From: Microcoleaceae cyanobacterium
Lineage (GTDB): Bacteria; Cyanobacteriota; Cyanobacteriia; Cyanobacteriales; Microcoleaceae
Length of the DNA stretch: 38,665 nt
Reading direction: 5' to 3'
NCBI GenBank assembly: GCA_051652765.1
Contig: JBOFUV010000095.1
Coordinates: 1-38,665 of the forward strand
The first letter of the stretch is position 1. Each line of letters begins with the position of its first letter. Made by a program: the position numbers and the translations under genes. Positions 1 to 6,399 of this stretch are shown piece after piece. The notes beneath the pieces were generated by a model, which was not told where the DNA came from, ran no database searches, and saw only the letters and a list, made by a program, of their open reading frames with translations.

Positions 1-1
1 C

Positions 2-193
2 GTTAGTAGCTTGGGTAACGGCGTTAGCGGAAATGTTAGCGGAAACGGAAATGAGGCGGTAATTAATGCCTTAGCCACTGGGAAAACCGATAGCTGGATC
101 ATTCAGAACGTCTTGGGCATGAAGGGCAGAAACTACAGCAGGGGCAAGCAAGAGTTAGAGGCAATCAAATCATCTATCGAGCTAGGGGAGTAG
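2..193 (+). CDS. C-terminal end of a gene truncated by the window edge; element protein of unknown function
   Basis: Frame is open from base 2 to TAG at 191-193. A low-complexity VSGN-repeat linker precedes a short helical tail (IIQNVLGMKGRNYSRGK). Confidence 0.6.
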   Translation, partial: VSSLGNGVSGNVSGNGNEAVINALATGKTDSWIIQNVLGMKGRNYSRGKQELEAIKSSIELGE

Positions 194-198
194 GGGTA

Positions 199-372
199 AT
201 GGCTCAAGTAACAGGGGAACTGTTGGAGGTAATGCTATTGCTCTGTGGAATCCTGATCGGTTCTCTATTGACCCTGTTCAGCAAGTGGGTGATGAAGAAA
301 ATTACTTTGCTGATCCTCAGTGAGGTTCAAGGGTTTACTGGTGACGCTAATTGTCAGGGTTTCCCACAGTAG
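199..372 (+). CDS. 57-aa small hydrophobic (probably single-pass membrane) protein
   Basis: Below the ORF-track cut-off. ATG lies 5 nt after the upstream stop, preceded by purine-rich GGGGAGTAGGGG. Translation: MAQVTGELLEVMLLLCGILIGSLLTLFSKWVMKKITLLILSEVQGFTGDANCQGFPQ. Confidence 0.5.
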   Translation: MAQVTGELLEVMLLLCGILIGSLLTLFSKWVMKKITLLILSEVQGFTGDANCQGFPQ

Positions 373-688
373 CTTTAACCCTAGGTTAGCAGGGCTGAGA
401 AAGGTCAAGAGGCTATACCAAAGGTTTAGCCTTTAGTAGGTTCAGAACTTACAATTTTTCAAAATTACTCAGAATATTGCCTTCAGTTCGTTTTTGCTGA
501 AACCTTAAGGCTTAAGCATTTCCGAACCCCTTCAAAAGCCTGTCCCTGAGGGATTTGTAGACGATTCGTTTCATTCTGGCCTTAAGGCTCCAAATGAAAC
601 GAATCAAGCGCCACGACACCCAAAGCGCGATTTAAGTTTTTATCAGCTTCTATTCAGCAATTGAGTTAACCTTAACTCACTAATTCGT

Positions 689-877
689 ATGGCTAAATTA
701 GTGATTACTGTCTCAGAAAAGCATTCAACAAATACACACGCTACAACCTTAAATATCACCCCATCAGTGCAGGATATAACATTTGTTATAGTACCTACAA
801 TCTTTGCACAAAGGGCTTTACAGCCGTTGGCCATCTGTGATATTGTGCTTGACAAGTTCACCAACTTCTACCTTTAG
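689..877 (+). CDS. Hypothetical 62-aa protein
   Basis: ATG-started ORF co-oriented with the element genes; no recognisable motif. Confidence 0.25.
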   Translation: MAKLVITVSEKHSTNTHATTLNITPSVQDITFVIVPTIFAQRALQPLAICDIVLDKFTNFYL

Positions 878-893
878 AAATTAGAACTCAGAC

Positions 894-1100
894 ATGAAAC
901 TAGCTCTTAAAAAGTTGAGACCAGGTCAGCTTAAGCAGTACCTCTACATGGCTACCTATTCCACTAAAATCGCCAGACGCTATTACTTGTTGGTTACATC
1001 CCGTGACTATATGAGCTTTGAAGCGATGGGGCGGGTTAACAAAGTGATGTCAAGGACACTGTTTCAGGACAGAAAAACTTCTTTGAGGATTAGAGCTTAA
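894..1100 (+). CDS. Small basic protein, possibly DNA-binding (regulator or excisionase position)
   Basis: 68 aa, K/R-rich, directly upstream of the primase-helicase. Function inferred from position only. Confidence 0.5.
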   Translation: MKLALKKLRPGQLKQYLYMATYSTKIARRYYLLVTSRDYMSFEAMGRVNKVMSRTLFQDRKTSLRIRA

Positions 1101-1106
1101 ATGGAC

Positions 1107-1139
1107 AAAAAAAAGTTACCACCGAGGGGCGATAACTTT
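1107..1139 (-). terminator. Rho-independent terminator, minus strand
   Basis: AAAGTTATCGCC-cctc-GGTGGTAACTTT followed by a T run. The 12-bp stem has two G-U pairs on the minus strand, which become A-C mismatches on the plus strand. Confidence 0.75.
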
Positions 1140-1170
1140 CTTAAATCACAATGAAACATCCTCAAATACC
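1107..1170 (-). ncRNA. Candidate counter-transcribed antisense RNA (~64 nt) in the primase leader
   Basis: Minus-strand TTGACA (1207-1202), 19 bp, then TG-extended TATAAT (1182-1177), followed by an intrinsic terminator at 1139-1107. Confidence 0.6.
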
Positions 1171-1184
1171 ATCTAAATTATATC

Positions 1185-3560
1185 ATGAAAACCCATTACA
1201 ATGTCAACGGATTTTCAAGTGTTCAAACTCTTCTAGAACACGTCTCCAAGGCCCAACCCTGCTTGCATTGCGGTAAACCTGATTGGTGTTACCGGGTCGG
1301 AGAACTCAGTGTTTGTAAGCGGGGTGCTGAACCTGCTAAAGGTTGGAAGAAAACGGGAAAGGCTGATAAGGAAGGGGGCTTTTACTACTCATTAGAACAA
1401 CAGACTTCATACTTTGTAGGCTCTAAAAAATATCTTCCTTATCCCACTAAACAAACTAAACCAAAACTGGCTTTACTGTCTAATTTACCTAACGATATCC
1501 CTCAGTATGAGACTAAATACAACTGCCGCACTATTTGGTATGAGTATGCCTCACATCTAAAGGTACGACGGATTGAATGGCTAGAGGATGACACCTGGAA
1601 GAAAGAACCCCCTAAGCCGTTCAGTCTTGTAGATGACGAATGGCAGATCTCTAAGGGTGGGTTTGAATGGCCTGCTTACCGTCTCTCCGAAGCCAAGCAA
1701 CAGGGCAAGGGTAAATGGTTGCTGATGGTTGAGGGTGAAAAGTGTGTTGAATTTGCAAGGGGGGTCGGAATAGCCTCAACAACCTTACAGGGTGGTTCTT
1801 GGACTGAGACAAACATAGAAGCTCTGATCATTGAACTCAAGCGTTCAGAGGTACAGGGTCTAGTTTATTGGCCGGATCATGACACTGAGGGTGAACGCAA
1901 GCGTGACAAGGTTCAGGCGATTGCCGAACGGTTACAGTTTCCGTTTGCAACGGTTCAGTCGCTTGAAGTTTGGCCTGAGATGCCAGAGAAAGGGGATATC
2001 GCAGATTGGATTGAGGCATTTCCTGAGTTGAACTTGAACGACCGGGTAGAGCGAATTCTAGAGGTGTTGGAGTTTCCTCAACCTAACATCGAGGAGGAGG
2101 AGTTTGACCAGGAGCCAGAGCTACAGATCACTCAGCTTGTGGTTAATGCTCTGTATTCAGATGTTCCTTGGATTTGCGTTAAAGGCAAGCTTTACCACTG
2201 GGAAAGAAACTATTACAAATATTCTGACGATGACAATGAAGAACTGAGAATCACTACTTTCCTCAATCAATATCAAGTAGTAATCAAGGGGGGTAAAGTT
2301 TCCTATCCCTATGCCAAACCCTCAGAATCAGTTAAGTGTTTAGAGTGGGTTAAAAAAATCAAAGTAGTCTCAATAGACAAATGCAATCCTCCAGGGATTA
2401 ACTGCACTAACGGCATTCTTCAATTTAACTGGGAACTCCAATCTAATTATCCTCACCCTATCCCCAAACCTTTACTAGTCCCCCATTCTCCCGATTATTA
2501 CTATCTGTTTGAACCTTTAGTTACCTATGACCCTAAGGCAAATTCACCAGACTGTGACCGAATGCTAAGCGCTCTAGATGAGCCACAGCGTGAAGTGTTT
2601 CTCAGAACCATAGCCGCATCACTGGATGTTCCTACAGTCAGAAAGTTTAAAGGCAGGTTTGTGAGGGGATTATTGCTGAAGGGCAACGGTAACAACGGCA
2701 AGGATACCCTCAGAGAAGCTACAGCCATTCTGTATGGTTACTCTGGATTAACTGGATTATCGCTTAACGATTTCAAAGCCTATGACGATGGCAGAAAGTT
2801 TGCCTTAGCCTCACTGGAGAATAGCCGGGTGAATTGGGCTAGTGAAAATGCCAGTACCCGAAGAATTGATAAACTGGATGCCCTGAAGCAATCAATCACT
2901 GGAGAGGGTATTCACATTGAACGCAAACACGTTGACGCTTACCAGAAAGTAATTAACGCGGTGTTTCTGTTCAACGTTAACGACATTCCTAACCTACAAG
3001 GGGCACAGGAAGCCATCTTAAGCCGTTATGCTGTGTTGCTGTTCAACAAGACCTACAAGAAAGGTGCAAGGGCAGGACAGGGTGAAATTGAAGCCGATCC
3101 ACGGTTCAAATATGACCGGGACTGGATGATCAGTACCGTTATGCCTACCTTCCTCAACAGAGTGATCAAGGCGTTGCAGGACTTGATGAGGGACTGGATT
3201 GACTACAGTTGCACCGAACAGGCACTTAAGGACATCCAGATTCACAACTCTCACCTGTATGAATTTGCTCAAGACGTAGGTCTGGTAGAGCAGCCGGGTT
3301 CGATTGTGACGGCTAAGGAGCTGTGGCTAAAACTTGAACAGTGGTACATCGCTACCGGAACCCTTGAGCTTATTGATTTGGGGAACGGAAACTTTAAGCG
3401 CACTTGGTACGAACAGGCTAACCCTAGAGACAAAAACGTTACCTATGTTAATCAAGTCATCCCTCGAATCCTTGAACTATTCCCCAAGTGCAAAAAAATC
3501 CATATTTCTCAGGTAAACTGCTACGGAATTTCCGGTCTTATTTTTGAAACTCCCTCCTAG
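1185..3560 (+). CDS. Phage/plasmid primase-helicase (Zn-binding, TOPRIM, D5_N-like and SF3 helicase domains; P4 alpha-like architecture)
   Basis: CxxC..WC..C zinc motif; TOPRIM motifs VEGEKC and DHD; Walker A GNGNNGKDT; SF3 motifs WASEN, LKQSITGE, FNVN and ILSR. Confidence 0.9.
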   Translation: MKTHYNVNGFSSVQTLLEHVSKAQPCLHCGKPDWCYRVGELSVCKRGAEPAKGWKKTGKADKEGGFYYSLEQQTSYFVGSKKYLPYPTKQTKPKLALLSNLPNDIPQYETKYNCRTIWYEYASHLKVRRIEWLEDDTWKKEPPKPFSLVDDEWQISKGGFEWPAYRLSEAKQQGKGKWLLMVEGEKCVEFARGVGIASTTLQGGSWTETNIEALIIELKRSEVQGLVYWPDHDTEGERKRDKVQAIAERLQFPFATVQSLEVWPEMPEKGDIADWIEAFPELNLNDRVERILEVLEFPQPNIEEEEFDQEPELQITQLVVNALYSDVPWICVKGKLYHWERNYYKYSDDDNEELRITTFLNQYQVVIKGGKVSYPYAKPSESVKCLEWVKKIKVVSIDKCNPPGINCTNGILQFNWELQSNYPHPIPKPLLVPHSPDYYYLFEPLVTYDPKANSPDCDRMLSALDEPQREVFLRTIAASLDVPTVRKFKGRFVRGLLLKGNGNNGKDTLREATAILYGYSGLTGLSLNDFKAYDDGRKFALASLENSRVNWASENASTRRIDKLDALKQSITGEGIHIERKHVDAYQKVINAVFLFNVNDIPNLQGAQEAILSRYAVLLFNKTYKKGARAGQGEIEADPRFKYDRDWMISTVMPTFLNRVIKALQDLMRDWIDYSCTEQALKDIQIHNSHLYEFAQDVGLVEQPGSIVTAKELWLKLEQWYIATGTLELIDLGNGNFKRTWYEQANPRDKNVTYVNQVIPRILELFPKCKKIHISQVNCYGISGLIFETPS

Positions 3561-3721
3561 AAAGAATCCCGGACATGCCGGACATAAACTGGAGATAAAC
3601 CGGAGATGAATTAAGGCTGAAACTCCCTCCTAGAGACAATCCCGGACATGCCGGAGATGAACCGGAGATGAATTAAGGCTGAAACTCCTTCCTAGAGACA
3701 ATCCCGGAGATGCGGAGATGA
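3545..3721 (+). repeat. Nested direct-repeat array, putative replication origin (iterons)
   Basis: Three units start with TGAAACTCC at 3545, 3618 and 3680 (73 bp, 62 bp, partial). They hold nine CYGGASAT-type sub-repeats spaced mostly 9 or 11 bp. A T7-GCGCG-A7 inverted repeat follows at about 3729-3748. Confidence 0.8.
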
Positions 3722-3762
3722 TTTCCTTCTTTTTTGCGCGAAAAAAAGAGTAAAAATAGGGG

Positions 3763-4941
3763 GTGAGACCCATCAAACGTAAACCAGATAAAACCCCTCG
3801 TTACAAAGGCAATTTTGGGATAACCGTTAAGCGGAACAGCTTAGTTATCTCTGTGCCCCGAGAACTGAACAGTGGGAATCAGGAACCTCTGTACACAGGA
3901 CTGAGAGCAACTCCAGAGAATCGGGCTATAGCTGAAGCAATCGCGGCTCAAATGAGACAAGACTATGCCCTAGGCAGACTTGACCCCATCATCAAAAACT
4001 ACAAGCCTAGGAATGCCAAAATCATCAAGACAGAGAATCGCTTAACCCTGCTAGAGCTGTTTCAACGGTTCAAAGCGGTCAGAGAAAAAGATAGATCCTG
4101 TAACACCATCAGGAACGGCTACAAGACTAATTTGAGTCATCTTGGCAGAAGTCTCTATGCCAATGTGAACCCAGATACAGAGAATTCAGGCTATGCCCAA
4201 GGTTTGTGTGATTGGGCAACAGGGAATCTAACACCAGATGCGGCCTATCGCCTGATCATGGCAGTCAATGCCTGTATGAAATGGGCTATTAAATCCCGGC
4301 TGGTGAGATTGGAGCATTCCCCATTTGAGGGCATGGCCAGTGAGATTAAATCCAAACGCTCCAGAGATGATGAGGATCATATTGACCCCTTCACTAGAGC
4401 AGAGAGAGACATGATTCTAGAACGCTACAGAACTCACCCTAGCTTCTGTCATTACTACCTGTTTGTCTCGTTCCGTTTCTTTAGTGGGTGTAGGCCGGGT
4501 GAAGCTGAAGCGCTGTATTGGGAGACGGTCAGCAGTGACCTTAAGAGCCTGACATTTACTCACACAATGGCAGACAAAGAAGGGGGTAGGGTTAGAAAGA
4601 AAGGGCTTAAAACTCAGTTAAAGAGAACGATTTATTGTAGTGAGAGACTGATAGAAGTCCTTACAGAAGCTAAAGCAAGAGCATTTAACCAAATAGTATT
4701 TCCCTCTATTAGAGGCAGTGAAATTCATAGAGGTGTGTTTAATAGAACCTGGAAATGTGTACTAGAAGAACTAGGGATTGAATACCGCAAACCCTACCAG
4801 ACACGCCACACCTTCATCACTCTCTGCGTAGACGAGAGCATGAACGTTAAGGACATAGCAAAGCTGGTAGGGAATAGCCCTGAGGTCATCCTCAGGAATT
4901 ACGTTGATCGCCACCGGAAGGTAATCATTCCAGAGCTTTAA
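3763..4941 (+). CDS. Tyrosine recombinase (phage-type integrase) with N-terminal arm-binding domain
   Basis: Catalytic motifs GCRPGE (R), GLKT (K), YQTRHTF (YxxR), LVGNS and RNY (Y). GTG start follows AGGGG. The gene ends about 100 bp before the tRNA fragment. Confidence 0.95.
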   Translation: MRPIKRKPDKTPRYKGNFGITVKRNSLVISVPRELNSGNQEPLYTGLRATPENRAIAEAIAAQMRQDYALGRLDPIIKNYKPRNAKIIKTENRLTLLELFQRFKAVREKDRSCNTIRNGYKTNLSHLGRSLYANVNPDTENSGYAQGLCDWATGNLTPDAAYRLIMAVNACMKWAIKSRLVRLEHSPFEGMASEIKSKRSRDDEDHIDPFTRAERDMILERYRTHPSFCHYYLFVSFRFFSGCRPGEAEALYWETVSSDLKSLTFTHTMADKEGGRVRKKGLKTQLKRTIYCSERLIEVLTEAKARAFNQIVFPSIRGSEIHRGVFNRTWKCVLEELGIEYRKPYQTRHTFITLCVDESMNVKDIAKLVGNSPEVILRNYVDRHRKVIIPEL

Positions 4942-4948
4942 CCTTGCG

Positions 4949-4970
4949 TTTGAGGTGCATTTGAGGTGCA
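4949..4970 (+). repeat. Putative integrase arm-type sites, 2 x TTTGAGGTGCA
   Basis: Perfect 11-bp tandem repeat between the integrase stop and the att core. Confidence 0.65.
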
Positions 4971-5044
4971 TTTAGTGACATGAATATTCAGAAAAACCCT
5001 ATAAGTCCTGCTACACAGGCTTTGAAGTGTTGAATATAGGGGCT

Positions 5045-5098
5045 ACTTGAAATCGAGTGTACAGAAATGTACCGGGGGTTCGAATCCCCCCCTCTCCG
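5045..5098 (+). pseudogene. 3' half of tRNA-Ser(TGA); att direct repeat
   Basis: Anticodon loop CTTGAAA, long variable arm GTACA-gaaa-TGTAC, T arm GGGGG-TTCGAAT-CCCCC and acceptor 3' strand CCTCTCC-G are present. The upstream bases (GGCTA) do not complete the anticodon stem with TCGAG, and no D arm or 5' acceptor strand is present. Confidence 0.9.
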
Positions 5099-5124
5099 TT
5101 GATTTGCAGTAATTAGTCAACACG

Positions 5125-5157
5125 TTTTAGGTGCATCTTGGGTGAATCTTGGGTGTA
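5125..5157 (+). repeat. Second set of arm-like sites, 3 x 11 bp (TTTTAGGTGCA, TCTTGGGTGAA, TCTTGGGTGTA)
   Basis: Same period, orientation and GGTG core as 4949-4970. Confidence 0.6.
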
Positions 5158-5162
5158 AGGCT

Positions 5163-5437
5163 GTAGTGGAGCAATGACATTTTGGGTTGCTTGAGCGAGC
5201 AGTAAGATTGCAGCAATCTCTCTAAGGCATTAAATCTGACAGGGATGATCGCCACTCGACAAATATCTAAAGCTTGCTAATGCTTTCAAGCACTCGACTG
5301 TATTGCTTTAGCGAGACAGAGTACATCTCCTAGTGAGAGCATGATTTATGGAGCCATGATCCAATTGATACTGATACGATTGGCTACTTAATTTTGGGTG
5401 ATAAGCCGTTTCATAGTCTTGACAAAACAGACCCTTT
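5163..5437 (+). pseudogene. Degraded C-terminal fragment of an IS5-family transposase
   Basis: 5332-5391 translates as SESMIYGAMIQLILIRLAT*, resembling the usual IS5-family C-terminus (..TSEAMIYxAMIRLMLRRLA). A frameshifted VVE..TF-like segment lies near 5163-5190. Confidence 0.55.
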
Positions 5438-5525
5438 AAATCTGTTTAAGAAGGTCTCAAGGGATAGGATTTTGAATTCTTTAGGATATCTTAATCAACA
5501 CACTTTAATTAATAAAATATAGAGT

Positions 5526-5583
5526 AAAAAATAAAAGAGAGAGCTGCTCTGGCAACTCTCCCTACCATCAGGGTGCATCGTTT
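5526..5583 (-). ncRNA. Candidate sRNA, copy 1
   Basis: Extended -10 TGaTATATT (5598-5590). Body GATGCACCCTGATGGTA followed by terminator GGGAGAGTTGC-caga-GCAGCTCTCTC-TTTTATTTTTT. Confidence 0.65.
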
Positions 5584-5941
5584 GATCTAAATATATCAAG
5601 TCCATAAGAGTAACACCAAGCTTTTAATTTAAAGTTTTTGTAAAAAGATCGGCTTTTTTGTGAGGTTTGTGTAAAGGTGAATCAATTGCCTGATAGGATT
5701 TACTTTATTGGACTTCTAATAATTGTGTTAGTCAATATTAAATGGGTTGCACCCATATGACTCCAAAAAATTTTAGGCCCATTCTTAAGCTTTTATTCTA
5801 AGGATTAAAGCAAATCCCATAGGGCCATATAGAACTTTTGACTGACTTCTCCAACTTGTCAACAGGCAAATTGTCAATATAATTTCTGAGATTAGGTAAG
5901 GTTGGGGGAAGCAGTTATACAAAACAGTAAAAACAGACCAT

Positions 5942-5995
5942 AAAAAAGAGAGAGTCGCCTTGGCAACTCCCCCTACCATCAGGGTGCATCTAAGT
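5942..5995 (-). ncRNA. Candidate sRNA, copy 2
   Basis: TTGACC-N17-TATCGT promoter with TG extension (6029-6001). Same GATGCACCCTGATGGTAGGG body, followed by terminator GGGGGAGTTGC-caag-GCGACTCTCTC-TTTTTT. Confidence 0.7.
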
Positions 5996-6399
5996 ATTTA
6001 ACGATACCAAATTAAAACTGGGGGGTCAAGCCACTTACTTAAAGATTTTGTAAATTCTTTTCAGCCCACTATCAAAGCGTTGAGGCAGTTAGATAACCCT
6101 CTGCCATTTCACAGCTTTGTCACATTTTTTACGCATCGTAAGTCAGTGGACAAAAGGGTTGTTTAGGGGACTATATAGAGTGGTGTTTTTGTTTTTAACC
6201 AGTTGTCATTTGTCAATCAGAAAACATCTCAAAAATCCGCCAATTTTGAGTGTAAATCAGAGCTTTAGAGAGTAAAATTGGGCTAGGAATTAATTTACCA
6301 AGCTTGACACTACAGGATGCAGAATGAATCCATCTGAGTTTTAACCTCGTACACACTAATAGTTTCAGGTAATTTCAGATAGTTGAGGATATTTTAACG

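Larger units (their letters stand above)
1..5098 (+). mobile_element. Right end of a tRNA-Ser(TGA)-integrated element (phage-satellite/IME-like); left end lies outside the window
   Basis: Primase-helicase, repeat array and tyrosine integrase end at a 3' tRNA fragment. No HIP1 octamer was seen here, versus roughly 1 per kb in the downstream host DNA. Confidence 0.9.

Noticed and set aside
3545..3721. Repeat array as a CRISPR array
   Set aside because: The inter-repeat parts are themselves repeats, there are no unique spacers, and no cas genes are in the window.
4789..4902. Integrase inactivated by HxxR to YxxR and H/W to N substitutions
   Set aside because: R, K, R and Y are intact, and YQTRH/GNS variants are common in cyanobacterial integrases, so this is not evidence of decay.
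497..5023. Loose AAAnCC-Nx-GGnTTT palindromes (near 499, 535 and 5003) as a host-factor motif
   Set aside because: Spacer lengths vary (9-11) and the arms are imperfect; this cannot be separated from chance by eye.
5010..5098. Intact tRNA-Ser gene
   Set aside because: There is no 5' acceptor strand or D arm and the anticodon stem is incomplete; only the 3' half is present.
5785..5979. 64-aa ORF as a real gene
   Set aside because: It starts inside sRNA copy 2 and runs through its terminator; the equivalent frame in copy 1 stops after 19 codons.
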